Assembly (NCBI GenBank): GCA_028715175.1
Contig: JAQUSJ010000001.1
Span: forward strand, 472,368 to 536,367
Length of the DNA stretch: 64,000 bases
Direction: 5' to 3'
Source of the DNA: Candidatus Daviesbacteria bacterium
GTDB taxonomy: Bacteria; Patescibacteriota; Microgenomatia; Daviesbacterales; UBA10151
In this document: piece by piece, positions 9,142 to 18,784 of the stretch
Numbering within the stretch: position 1 is the first letter of the stretch
How the letters are laid out: each line of letters begins with the position of its first letter
Position numbers and translations under genes: made by a program
The notes under the pieces: generated by a model
Databases searched by the model: none
What the model saw: only the letters and a program-made list of their open reading frames with translations
What the model was told of the DNA's origin: nothing

Positions 9142-10104
9142 ATGTTCTTCGGTCTGAACTGGGTTGATTTAGTGATTATCGGAATACTTCTCCTTTTTGC
9201 CCTGGAGGCTTTGGGCCGCCCTTTAATTTTAGAACTATTGGATTTTGCCAGCTTCCTTTTGGCAGGTATCTTATCCTTTAGTTACTACAATCTTCCTGCC
9301 AAATTTTTTGAAAGCCAGTTTCATATTCCCCATGGACTTACCCTGGTGCTGGGTTTTATGACTGTCTGGTTTTTATCTGAAATTGTTTTTTATTTGTTGG
9401 TTAGGTTCATTTTACCAAAGATCCCTAAGTTTAGGATCCTTCGGTCTAAAGTTTTATCTGCAGTTCCGGCAATGCTTAGGAGCTTGATTTTTATTGCCTT
9501 AGTTTTAGTGATGGTGGCAACTTTCCCTATCCAGCCTGCTATTAAAAAAAGCGTTCTGGATTCCAAAATTGGCAGCCGGATATTAAAAGCTGCATACGGA
9601 TTGGAATCTCCTGTCAAGAAAGTTTTTGGAGGAGTGGCTAATGATTCCCTGACTTTTTTGACTATAGAACCCAGGACAAATGAAAAAGTTAACTTGGGTT
9701 TTCAAACTACTCAGGTATCCCTTGATAGCGCTTCGGAAGATAAAATGATTGAGATGGTAAATAAAGAAAGGGTCAGCAGGGGAATCAGGGCCTTAGTGTT
9801 TGACGTTAAGCTTCGGGATATCGCCCGATCTCACAGCGAGGATATGTTTAAAAGAGGTTATTTTTCCCATTATTCACCTGAAGGTCAAACTGTAGCTGAT
9901 CGGGCTTTGAATGCGGGAGTGGATTTTTTGGTAATCGGTGAGAATTTGGCATATGCCCCAAGCGTGGAATTGGCCGGGCAAGGGTTGATGAACTCCCCGG
10001 GCCACAGGGCAAATATACTGTCTGCTGATTATGGAAGAATTGGGATAGGCGTAATGGACGGGGGAGTTTACGGTAAGATGTTTACCCAGGTATTTACAAA
10101 CTAG
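9142..10104 (+). CDS. CvpA (colicin V production) membrane domain + CAP/SCP domain protein
   Basis: NWVDLVII N-terminal TM region; C-terminal ARSHSEDM...YFSH...GENLA...LMNSPGHRANIL. Confidence 0.9.
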   Translation: MFFGLNWVDLVIIGILLLFALEALGRPLILELLDFASFLLAGILSFSYYNLPAKFFESQFHIPHGLTLVLGFMTVWFLSEIVFYLLVRFILPKIPKFRILRSKVLSAVPAMLRSLIFIALVLVMVATFPIQPAIKKSVLDSKIGSRILKAAYGLESPVKKVFGGVANDSLTFLTIEPRTNEKVNLGFQTTQVSLDSASEDKMIEMVNKERVSRGIRALVFDVKLRDIARSHSEDMFKRGYFSHYSPEGQTVADRALNAGVDFLVIGENLAYAPSVELAGQGLMNSPGHRANILSADYGRIGIGVMDGGVYGKMFTQVFTN

Positions 10105-10129
10105 TAGCTGGTAGTACGTAGAACGTATT

Positions 10130-10705
10130 ATGGAGAAGCGCGTATTTGCAGGAATTTCGTTGCTCATTATTGGTTTTGGGATTTTGTGGTTTGGGTGGAA
10201 CCAGACAGCCAAAATCCAACCTGTTTCAGACAGTAGCCCTATACCTGTTGTTCAAGCACCCGAACTGGCTACAAGTTCTGCAACACAGGGTGTAGAAGGG
10301 GAAAGGGTGTTGGTGACCAGGGTGGTGGATGGAGATACCATAGTGTTGGATAATGGTAAAACAGTCCGTTTCATAGGCATAGATACTCCGGAAACCGTTG
10401 ATCCCCGCCGACCTGTAGGTTGTTTTGGTAAAGAAGCCAGCAGCGAAACTAAAAAGTTATTGACGGACAAAGTTGTGATTTTGCAAAAAGATACCTCCGA
10501 CACTGATAAATATGGCCGGTTATTGCGGTTAATCTTTCTTCCTTTGGAGAATGGAGAGATACTTTTTGTTAATGATTATTTGGTCAGGGAAGGTTTTGCC
10601 AGAGTCAAAACTTATATTCCTGATGTAAAATTTGAAAGCCGTTTATACGAGGCGGAAAGACAAGCAAAAGAAGCTAAAAAAGGACTTTGGGGTAAATGTA
10701 TTTAG
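10130..10705 (+). CDS. Membrane-anchored thermonuclease (SNase-like)
   Basis: VVDGDTI, VRFIGIDTPE, DKYGRLL, KKGLWG. Confidence 0.93.
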   Translation: MEKRVFAGISLLIIGFGILWFGWNQTAKIQPVSDSSPIPVVQAPELATSSATQGVEGERVLVTRVVDGDTIVLDNGKTVRFIGIDTPETVDPRRPVGCFGKEASSETKKLLTDKVVILQKDTSDTDKYGRLLRLIFLPLENGEILFVNDYLVREGFARVKTYIPDVKFESRLYEAERQAKEAKKGLWGKCI

Positions 10706-10719
10706 TGTGGTAAACTAAA

Positions 10720-10777
10720 CCGTAGGACTATAATTTGAAGAATTACAGTCTTTCGTAGAAAGTATATTTTCCTGCGG
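10720..10777 (+). ncRNA. Candidate structured 5' leader (three-stem junction)
   Basis: P1 CCGTAGGA/TCCTGCGG, P2 GACTATAATT/AATTACAGTC, P3 CTTTC/GAAAG; follows extended -10 TGTGGTAAACT. Confidence 0.4.
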
Positions 10778-10791
10778 AAAAGAAAATTAAG

Positions 10792-11274
10792 GTGAAAAAA
10801 TTTGTTATTCAGATCATACTTTTACTTGTATTTATTGTTGGGGGAGTATATTTATATAAATCAAGCGGACAAATTTCCGGTTTGCCTTTTATACCTTCCG
10901 GGCCTGTATTTAAGCAAATACAAATTAACGGATCAAAATTTAATGTTGAAATAGCGGATACGCAGGAAAAAAGAGCTAAAGGTTTGGCCGGAAGAAGTAG
11001 TTTGGCATCGGATTCGGGAATGCTGTTTATTTTTTCCGAGCCGTCTAAACATTCATTTTGGATGAAAGGTCTTTTATTCCCGCTGGATTTTATATGGATT
11101 AGCGGGGATAAAGTAGTAGGTATTTTACAAAATGTTCCGCCGCCTGCTCAGGGTCAACCGGATTCGTCTTTGCCGATTTACCAGTCAAGCGTAGAGGTGG
11201 ATAAGGTTTTGGAAGTTAATGCCGGAGTAGTCCAGCGTTTAAACATTAAAGTAGGGGACATCCTGACTCAATGA
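10792..11274 (+). CDS. DUF192 family protein
   Basis: VEIADT...GLAGR...GMLFIF...FWMKG..FPLDFIWI...VLEVNAG. Confidence 0.9.
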   Translation: MKKFVIQIILLLVFIVGGVYLYKSSGQISGLPFIPSGPVFKQIQINGSKFNVEIADTQEKRAKGLAGRSSLASDSGMLFIFSEPSKHSFWMKGLLFPLDFIWISGDKVVGILQNVPPPAQGQPDSSLPIYQSSVEVDKVLEVNAGVVQRLNIKVGDILTQ

Positions 11275-12767
11275 TTGAAGTTCTGCCAATTAGATTACTA
11301 ACAGATGAGGATGCGCCGATTTTCGGCAGCTTAAATTTGAATTTGGCAAAGCTGTTTCGGTCCGGAGTTCCTGTCGGGTCCGGGTTAGTTGTCACGCCGC
11401 CGCAGTTTAAACTCAAAACAGTTTTGGAAAATTATGATTTTGGCACCAAGGAGGTTTTTCAACAGTCTCTGACCCTGGTTAAAAGAGAAATACGTTCAAT
11501 TCCTGTCCCGGATGTTTTAATTAACGGTGTCAACCCAACCCACAGAAATTTTTTGCTTAATGGAGAAAAGATTAGCTCAATTAAAAATCTTTGGTTGAAA
11601 TTATTATCAATTTGGATAGAGCAAATTGAAAACAAGTTATGGAATAACGGATTTTATCCGGGTATTACCAGGGACTTGGATCCGCAGATTGTGATTTTTG
11701 TGAAAAAAATGGAATCCTCAGGAAACGCTTATTATGACCAGTTGCAGGATGATGTAGAAGTTCAAGTAAAAACAGGGAAACTATATCCGAACGATCTCAA
11801 AAAGATTATAGAAATAGTCCAGATAGCCGATAAAAAACTTTTTATCCCTCACGAATATGAATGGGTACTGGATGGAGGGGTAAAATTAGTTGGTCTAAAA
11901 CAATATACTCCTTCTGTTACCATTGAGCCTACCCCTATAGTTGCAGGCTCCAGGGGAACGCCTTGCGAGGCTAGAAACGCCGTTAAAGTATTTCTCGACT
12001 TATCCGCCGGATTGACCTTTGAAAAAGAAGTTGACGGGATATATATCGCATCGGAAAAAATATTTGACCTGGATAACCCTTCGGAATCATTTGAAAATTT
12101 GGTTTCCAGATTAGTAGAAGGAGCTATGACTTTTCCAAACTCCCCTATTTTTTTAAAATTGGCAGATAAGTCAGAAGGTATGGGTAAAGTGCGCGGAACC
12201 TTGCGCTTGCTTCACCAGAAAAGTCTATTTGATCCGTTAGCGAAAGTTTTGGATTTTGCCCGACATAAAAAAGGCTTAACAAATGTTCATATAGTTGTGC
12301 CGTTTGTGAGGGGTGTAACTGAACTGCTGAAAATGAAAAGGGAGCTGGCTGTCCGGAAGCTCTCCAGGAAAAATTCCCTGCAGCTTTGGATGGAAGTGGC
12401 CGTGCCGGAGAATATTGTTAATCTGGAAGATTATCTGGTTGCCGGCATTGATGGGGTGGTTTTAAACCTGGATGAGCTTGTATCTTACTTAAATGGTGTT
12501 GATTGTTCGGAGGAAGATTTAGTATTTTACAAGAGTGAAGTTTCGGGGTTACTTAAGTTTCTGGAAGATGGGATTAAGCTTTTGCATAAGTCAAAAGTCC
12601 CTTTCATGGTCTATGGCAGCTTGGTTCTTACCCCAAAAGTGCTGGAATTTTTGGTGGAAAAAGGGGTTTATGGAGTGGTAGTGGAAAAATATGAAGCTCA
12701 CTCAGCTAAGGATTTACTACATCAAGCAGAAAAAAGGATGATTCTAAAAAGAGTGGATAGAATATGA
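11271..12767 (+). CDS. Degenerate PEP synthase/PEP-utilising enzyme-like protein
   Basis: N-terminal FGSLNLNLAKL...VPVGSGLVVT resembles the PPDK_N start; C-terminal RG.LRLL, VPFVR, MEVAVPEN, GIDGV TIM barrel. Confidence 0.75.
   Translation: MIEVLPIRLLTDEDAPIFGSLNLNLAKLFRSGVPVGSGLVVTPPQFKLKTVLENYDFGTKEVFQQSLTLVKREIRSIPVPDVLINGVNPTHRNFLLNGEKISSIKNLWLKLLSIWIEQIENKLWNNGFYPGITRDLDPQIVIFVKKMESSGNAYYDQLQDDVEVQVKTGKLYPNDLKKIIEIVQIADKKLFIPHEYEWVLDGGVKLVGLKQYTPSVTIEPTPIVAGSRGTPCEARNAVKVFLDLSAGLTFEKEVDGIYIASEKIFDLDNPSESFENLVSRLVEGAMTFPNSPIFLKLADKSEGMGKVRGTLRLLHQKSLFDPLAKVLDFARHKKGLTNVHIVVPFVRGVTELLKMKRELAVRKLSRKNSLQLWMEVAVPENIVNLEDYLVAGIDGVVLNLDELVSYLNGVDCSEEDLVFYKSEVSGLLKFLEDGIKLLHKSKVPFMVYGSLVLTPKVLEFLVEKGVYGVVVEKYEAHSAKDLLHQAEKRMILKRVDRI
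11945..11972 (+). repeat. Family A element in frame in the PEP-synthase-like gene
   Basis: AGGCTCCAGGGGAACGCCTTGCGAGGCT (GSRGTPCEA). Confidence 0.88.
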
Positions 12768-13303
12768 CAGAAGGCGAAATAAATCCAGAGGCGCCAGTAC
12801 ATGATTTAGCGCGCCGTAATGAGTGGTTAAGGAGAGAAGGACCCAACCATGGAATTGACCCTGAAAAATTTTTTCTGGGAGAGACGTTAGATACTGTTTT
12901 GGTTAGAATTTTAGATGATAGAAATTGCTTTTCTTGGCATAGACCACAGGATGATTTAGAAAACCCCGAGCGATTTCCAAGCGAGGCTCCTGGCGCGCGT
13001 ATGGACTACCTGGGACGTTTAGATGGAGAAATTGATACGTTAGATAGAGAGATTAATATTGTAGCGCCACTTTCAGAAATAAGTGCGGAGTTGAAAGGAA
13101 TAAGAGAGGATGTAAGATTAGCTGATTGGACAGTCAGAGACCAATTCTCCAGTGCTTATGGAAGATGGCAAAAATTAAGTGATCGGGTGGGAGAAATAAT
13201 TAAAGAAAATCCCGAACTTCAGGAAGCATCCGAATACTATATCAACAATATGGATAAGATTGCCAAATTATATTCAGCTTCATCCGGGCAAACGGAAGAT
13301 TAA
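12764..13303 (+). CDS. Orphan hypothetical protein
   Basis: 179-aa ORF with ATGA overlap to the upstream stop. Confidence 0.65.
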   Translation: MTEGEINPEAPVHDLARRNEWLRREGPNHGIDPEKFFLGETLDTVLVRILDDRNCFSWHRPQDDLENPERFPSEAPGARMDYLGRLDGEIDTLDREINIVAPLSEISAELKGIREDVRLADWTVRDQFSSAYGRWQKLSDRVGEIIKENPELQEASEYYINNMDKIAKLYSASSGQTED

Positions 13304-13972
13304 AACATATTCTCCCTTGGGTCCGCCAGCTGCCGGATTTTTTAGTTCTTCCAGCCATTCGCTAATTTTTTGCCCTTTCACGCTTTGGTGGATTTTGGTT
13401 AGTTCTTTTGCTAAAATTATTTCCATGTCCCCAAAAACTTCCTGCATATCCTGTAAAATTTTAACCAGCTTATGAGGTGAAACAAACAAAATATAGGTCA
13501 CTTTCATATAATCATTTTGTTCACGGTCGTGAACATTTTGAAATAATTTTAATCTGTGGCTTTCTTTTTCTGGAGGATATCCTAAGAACATAAATTTATC
13601 AGGCGGTAAACCGGAAAGGGTCAGTGCAGGCAGGATGGAAGATGGGCCGGGCAGAGAATCAACCGCAATTCCTTGCTGTAAGCATTCCCGGATCAGTTTA
13701 TACCCGGGGTCAGAAACGAGCGGTGTGCCGGCATCAGAAACTAAGGCCAGATTTTCTCCGGATTTTAACCTGTCAACAATCTCCAGGAAAATCCTTCCCT
13801 CATTATAGTCATTTAAAACAATCAGAGGTTTTTTAATTTGGTAATGGGAAAGCAGCAAACCAGTTCTTCTGGTATCTTCACAAATAATCGTATCCACAAA
13901 GCGGAGGACCTCTAGAGCCCTTAAAGTGATATCCTTTAAATTGCCGATTGGCGTTGGAATGATGTAAAGCAC
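13280..13972 (-). CDS. rsmI: 16S rRNA C1402 2'-O-methyltransferase
   Basis: LYIIPTPIGNLKDITLRA, CEDTR, LVSDAGTPLVSDPG, KELTKIHQ, KGEYV. Confidence 0.96.
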   Translation of the reverse strand: MLYIIPTPIGNLKDITLRALEVLRFVDTIICEDTRRTGLLLSHYQIKKPLIVLNDYNEGRIFLEIVDRLKSGENLALVSDAGTPLVSDPGYKLIRECLQQGIAVDSLPGPSSILPALTLSGLPPDKFMFLGYPPEKESHRLKLFQNVHDREQNDYMKVTYILFVSPHKLVKILQDMQEVFGDMEIILAKELTKIHQSVKGQKISEWLEELKNPAAGGPKGEYVLIFRLPG

Positions 13973-14007
13973 TGAATGAGTAGTATACTGTAAACACCTT
14001 TATTCTT

Positions 14008-14190
14008 TCAATTGCTTTTTCTTGAGATGACAAGGTTTCCAAAAATATAATCCAGAAAACTTTCCCTTGAGTTAATCTTATATGATTCTTCTTTGATGGA
14101 TTTAATAGCCGGAGCATCGGTAGGAGCATCCCAAAGTATCACAAAATCCCACAGAAATGTTTTCATCAGAAATTTTTTGATTTTTAACAT
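14008..14190 (-). CDS. Possible small protein
   Basis: 60-aa ORF filling an intergenic gap; no recognisable motif. Confidence 0.3.
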   Translation of the reverse strand: MLKIKKFLMKTFLWDFVILWDAPTDAPAIKSIKEESYKINSRESFLDYIFGNLVISRKSN

Positions 14191-14386
14191 AAGGTTTTAT
14201 TCAGCTGAAGGGTAGGCTTAAGAATTGTTGAGAAAGAACGTTTTACATAAATGTAGCTTTCCCGATATTCTTAGATATTTAACTTTTAAGTTAATTCCTA
14301 CCCCCAGCCTGAATAAGTTAAACATATCATTAGATGAAATAATAATCTGTAATTTAAATAACAATCCGAAGTTTTGAGTAGAAAGT

Positions 14387-14767
14387 CTAATGATCTTCTG
14401 GCTGTAATACTTCACTAACTTGTTTAACAATATCAGCAAGTTTGACTTCGCTTTTAACTAAAAAGTCATAAACTCCAATCTCTATTGCTTCAGATACTTT
14501 CTTTTGGTCGCTTAAATTCGACAGAATAATTACAGGTACTGTTTCTCCCCATGGATCTTGGCGAAGTTTTTTCAACATGGTCAGACCGTTCATTTTGGGC
14601 AATAGAATATCGAGTAAAATTAAATCCGGTAAGTTTTGTAAAGCCTTTTTTATGCCATCTTCCGCACTGGTGGCCTCACTAACAATAAAGCCGGAATCTT
14701 TAAATTTGTCAGACAACAGTTCCAAAAGTACCTGTTCGTCTTCAATGATTAGAATTTGTTTTTTCAT
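14387..14767 (-). CDS. Single-domain response regulator (receiver only)
   Basis: ILIIEDE, PDLILLDILLPKMNG, VIILSN, FLVK. Confidence 0.95.
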   Translation of the reverse strand: MKKQILIIEDEQVLLELLSDKFKDSGFIVSEATSAEDGIKKALQNLPDLILLDILLPKMNGLTMLKKLRQDPWGETVPVIILSNLSDQKKVSEAIEIGVYDFLVKSEVKLADIVKQVSEVLQPEDH

Positions 14768-16674
14768 ACTGCGAAAGGAAGCATCACCATAAAAGTACTT
14801 CCTTTATTTACCTTCGATTCCACAATAATATTTCCCTTTAGATAATTTACCATAGCTTTGGTGATATACAAGCCCAGCCCGGTGCCTTCAACTCGATTTT
14901 TAACATTATTAGCCCGATATATTTTTTGGAATATCTTTTCTTGGGCTGATCTTGGAATACCAATGCCAGAGTCGGTAACTTGTAAAATAAGTTTATCATC
15001 TAATTTCTGTATTTTTAAGCGGATCCAACCACCGCTTGATGTAAATTTGACAGCATTAGACAGCAGGTTTCTTAAAATTATATAGATGGCGTTTGAATAA
15101 GTTTTGTATGGTTTAATATCTTTGTCAAAGAAAAAGTTAAATTTTATTTTTTTATCCTTAATTCTGTCTTTTAAGTTTTCAATAACATTTGAAGCAATCT
15201 CGATAGGATCAATTTTTTCGTGTGTGTATGAATGCACACCCAGTTCGATTTTGGTGGTGGTTAATAGGTTGCTGGTTAGTTCAATCATGTTTTGGGTTTG
15301 TTTATATATTTTATCTAAACTTTTCTTTTGTGAGTTAGAATAGAGATTTTGGTCTTCGAAAAGGCGTTCCAAAGACCAGGCTACAGCAGAGAGTGGAGTC
15401 CGCAGTTCGTGCGAAGCCAGGGAAACAAATTCGTCTTTAGCCTGGTTAATTGCCAGTTGCTGGCTATAATCACGATAAACGCTAATAGCTCCTACTATGG
15501 CATTATCCAAAATCACCGGTGAAGAAGTAATAAGTAGAGGGAATTTATCTTTTTTAACCAGGAAATAAACTCCGCGAACTACTTGAGCGGTATTCAGCGC
15601 TAGTAATGTAGGATGCAATTCAGAAGGTATTAAATTATCTTGTTCGTCTTCCAGCTCCACTTGTTTAAAAATCGATTTGCCTAATATCTTTTGTACATTC
15701 CAGCCAAATAAGTCTTCGGTTTTTCTATTTGCCTTAATGATCACTCCATATTTATCAACAACTATTATTCCATCCCCGATACTTTCAAATAAAGCTTCTT
15801 GTTTGGCAAGCATTTCCTCTAAGGAATTATTTAAAAGTTCTAGTTTTTGGGCATAGTTAGTAAGCTGTTCTTCAGCTTTTTTAAGCTCGGTGATATCATG
15901 GGTCATGCCTATGGATTTAATAACCGTACCTGATTTATTTTTAATATGCTCGCATTTTTCGTGTACAATTCGGATTTCACTGGTATTTTTTCTAATAATC
16001 CGGTGAATTATTTCGTAGCCATCTAATTTTTTACGAAGGGATTCAGTATATGCAAGGTTTACTTTTTCCCGGTCATCAGGGTGGACTGTTTTAAGAAAAG
16101 CTTCATAAGTGGCTTTAAATTCTTGAGGTTTTAGACCAAATATCCGGTAGGCCTCATCCGACCAAGTTAATTTATTATTTAAAAGATCAAGTTCCCAACT
16201 GCCTAACTGAGCAATTTCCTGAGATCTTTTAAGTAGCCTTTCGTTCTCACGCAAGGCCTCCTCGGCCTGTTTGAGTTCGGTGATGTCCTGATTCATGCCA
16301 ATCCATTCCAAAACTTTGCCATTCCCGTCAAAAATCGGTACAGCGGTACTTTTAATAATTCGGTATTCTCCTTTGGCATTTAATTGTCTAAATTCAACGC
16401 GAGAAGGGGTTTTTGTCTTTAAACGGTGGCGCCAGACTTTTTTAAGGAGGTTTCTATCGTCCGCATGGACGGCAGAGAGCCAATTCCAACCAAGAAAATC
16501 CTTGTATTTTCTGCCGGTAAAAATTCGCCAAGATAGTGAGTCTTCGATAATACCTCCGGAAGCATCAGTCACCCAGATCGCCTCGCTCGAGACTTCGATC
16601 AGCCGCCTGAATCTCTCTTCGCTTCTTCTCAAAGCCTCTTCGGACTTAGTTAGTTTAGTATTTAAGCTTTTCAT
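14764..16674 (-). CDS. Cytoplasmic triple-PAS histidine kinase
   Basis: PAS/PAC motifs (VHADDR, VHPDDR, DITELK); H-box ASHELRTPL; NLLSNAVKF, DSGIGIP, GTGLGL. Confidence 0.95.
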   Translation of the reverse strand: MKSLNTKLTKSEEALRRSEERFRRLIEVSSEAIWVTDASGGIIEDSLSWRIFTGRKYKDFLGWNWLSAVHADDRNLLKKVWRHRLKTKTPSRVEFRQLNAKGEYRIIKSTAVPIFDGNGKVLEWIGMNQDITELKQAEEALRENERLLKRSQEIAQLGSWELDLLNNKLTWSDEAYRIFGLKPQEFKATYEAFLKTVHPDDREKVNLAYTESLRKKLDGYEIIHRIIRKNTSEIRIVHEKCEHIKNKSGTVIKSIGMTHDITELKKAEEQLTNYAQKLELLNNSLEEMLAKQEALFESIGDGIIVVDKYGVIIKANRKTEDLFGWNVQKILGKSIFKQVELEDEQDNLIPSELHPTLLALNTAQVVRGVYFLVKKDKFPLLITSSPVILDNAIVGAISVYRDYSQQLAINQAKDEFVSLASHELRTPLSAVAWSLERLFEDQNLYSNSQKKSLDKIYKQTQNMIELTSNLLTTTKIELGVHSYTHEKIDPIEIASNVIENLKDRIKDKKIKFNFFFDKDIKPYKTYSNAIYIILRNLLSNAVKFTSSGGWIRLKIQKLDDKLILQVTDSGIGIPRSAQEKIFQKIYRANNVKNRVEGTGLGLYITKAMVNYLKGNIIVESKVNKGSTFMVMLPFAV

Positions 16675-17984
16675 ACTTTCATCTCTTGATATATCCTAGA
16701 CTCTTTTCCTTCGTGATGAAGAAGAGTTCTGAATCCGCCGTCACCAAAGATATGGCGAAATCTTAAGTGGTTAAGAATATACCTTTGCGAAACCACAAAT
16801 GGTTCTAACTCCTCAAGTTTAATCAGTCCTGCTTCTATAGTTTCACTACCTTCCGGTAGAAAAAAGTAAGTCTGTAAAACTGGTATTTTAGCTTGAGCTC
16901 CTTTCCTTTCAAGAACTTCTGATATTCTTACACCAAAATTCATTGAGGCAATGTCTTCGTCTGAAAAGCCCACTGCTCTCATTGCTGCGGAACGGGTAGC
17001 TCTGCCTTCTGGAGTTAGGAATTGACTTATTAGCTTGTTGTAATCACCTGTTTTAGCAATCCCAATCTCCGCAATGTGACCGGGTCGAATGATGCCACCA
17101 AAAAGATCAGCGGTGTATTTAGGAGGATTATTAGTAACTGTATTTCCGTAACAGATATTCACTACTCCCGGCTGTTCTGCTAGTTGTTTATATCTGTTTT
17201 TATCTGGTAAATTTTTCAATTCTTCAAACTTTTTATGTATACGTACAATTTCAACGTTATCACCAAAAGCCGCTTTTAGATTTTTAGAAGACTCCCTAAG
17301 CATGTCCATACTACAGTCAATTATCACTACAGTCACCTTTCGCCCGCTTTCCACGACTGCTCTCAAACGTTCAATTTCTTTCTGACAATCACCTGGGCCA
17401 TAAATACAGTAAACAGTTGGATTTCTACCAAGATATTGAGCTAGATCTCCGTTCGCGTCTTTAACGCCAAGCGCTTTGGCTTGGTCTTTTTCGTCCGCAT
17501 TGCTTTTTTGGCGATTAGCTGATGCTAAGAATTGAAGCATAAGCCGTCCGGAATCTTTAGCCCTAGTCAACGCCCAAGAAGGTATGTTGCCATTGCAAGC
17601 GTAGAATAAAAATGCCGGACTCTTCAAGGATCTGCCAATTTTCCGAGCCCGTTTATACTCTAATAATCTACCAAACATACCTTCAGGCGAGAAATGCATT
17701 TCTCTTCTTTCTTCTGGTATTTTATTTATATAGTACTGAATCATATCCAAATATGGTCTACGAACATTTGGATGTAGTTTGACGAAAGTAAGTTCACATA
17801 ACTGCGATAGAATAGTATTATCCCGCAAAAATGGTGCCCATATCTCACGAAGGCGAGGATAATTAGGATCAGCTTCTAAAATCGGTCTAGCTTTCTTCGC
17901 CTGATCACTTATGGGTAATAGTTCGACAGGTTTTTTAAATAGGACAGGTCTTTCGGGACTTCCACCAAAATTTACTGCATACAT
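16671..17984 (-). CDS. EgtD-like (histidine-specific SAM methyltransferase family) protein, divergent
   Basis: KSPAFLFY, YGPGDCQK, IIDCSMDML, CYGNTVTN match EgtD-type motifs. Confidence 0.6.
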   Translation of the reverse strand: MYAVNFGGSPERPVLFKKPVELLPISDQAKKARPILEADPNYPRLREIWAPFLRDNTILSQLCELTFVKLHPNVRRPYLDMIQYYINKIPEERREMHFSPEGMFGRLLEYKRARKIGRSLKSPAFLFYACNGNIPSWALTRAKDSGRLMLQFLASANRQKSNADEKDQAKALGVKDANGDLAQYLGRNPTVYCIYGPGDCQKEIERLRAVVESGRKVTVVIIDCSMDMLRESSKNLKAAFGDNVEIVRIHKKFEELKNLPDKNRYKQLAEQPGVVNICYGNTVTNNPPKYTADLFGGIIRPGHIAEIGIAKTGDYNKLISQFLTPEGRATRSAAMRAVGFSDEDIASMNFGVRISEVLERKGAQAKIPVLQTYFFLPEGSETIEAGLIKLEELEPFVVSQRYILNHLRFRHIFGDGGFRTLLHHEGKESRIYQEMKV

Positions 17985-17986
17985 TT

Positions 17987-18628
17987 CTACTGATACTCCT
18001 TTTTTAATAATTCAAAGTTTGGAATAGTGATAAAACGGTTGTGGTAAATAATCAGCTTTTTGTTTATGAGATTATTAATTTCAATGGTAACCCGCTCGCG
18101 CGACAATCCAGCCAAAGTGGCAATGTCCCGATGGGTAAACCAGTACGAAATTACTATGCTTCTTTTGTCCTTTTTTCCAAAATATTTAGCCAGATCCAAA
18201 ATAGTGGCTATCACTTGTTTCCGGGCATCACCAAAAATTTTGGTTTCCAACTTTTTCATAAGTTCTAAAGAAAGCGAGGTTAATTGTTGGGTTATTTCTG
18301 ATCTAGCTGCCGGATTTTTGGTTAAAAATTGATATAGCTTATTTTTTTCGCATGAATAAACTTCAACCGGTGTTAAGGACTCAAAGTAATAACCATTAAA
18401 GTCCCCATTATTCTCTAACCAAAGAGGGAATAGGGAAGAAGGAGCAAATATGTGAAGCGTCAATTCGTTTCCTTCTTGCGATAAGGTATAAAGTCTGACA
18501 TAACCCTGATTTAGATAAAAAACTGTATTTGTAGAAGTTTCCAATCGACCTACCTCCTGTTTTCTTCTGAAAAGCATAGGTTTAAATTGTTTCAAGAAAC
18601 TTTCCAGTTTAGGATACGCTGTATTCAT
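17987..18628 (-). CDS. Crp/Fnr family transcriptional regulator
   Basis: cNMP domain (GYVRLY...GNELTL); HTH FTHRDIATLAGLSRERVT. Confidence 0.93.
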   Translation of the reverse strand: MNTAYPKLESFLKQFKPMLFRRKQEVGRLETSTNTVFYLNQGYVRLYTLSQEGNELTLHIFAPSSLFPLWLENNGDFNGYYFESLTPVEVYSCEKNKLYQFLTKNPAARSEITQQLTSLSLELMKKLETKIFGDARKQVIATILDLAKYFGKKDKRSIVISYWFTHRDIATLAGLSRERVTIEINNLINKKLIIYHNRFITIPNFELLKKEYQ

Positions 18629-18764
18629 CTATAGAGAGATTACAAGAGAAAGTGTCAGGGCGAGTATAACACTTTAAGCGTTTAGCCTACAACCTAAAAG
18701 TCTTCCTCTATTTTCTGCTATATTTATTTTTAAATTTAATCTATACTGGTGACAATGTTATTTC

Positions 18765-18780
18765 TGTAATCTAGATCACA
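18765..18780. promoter_or_regulatory. Crp-type box
   Basis: TGTAA-TCTAGA-TCACA between divergent crp and dedA. Confidence 0.65.
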
Positions 18781-18784
18781 AATT

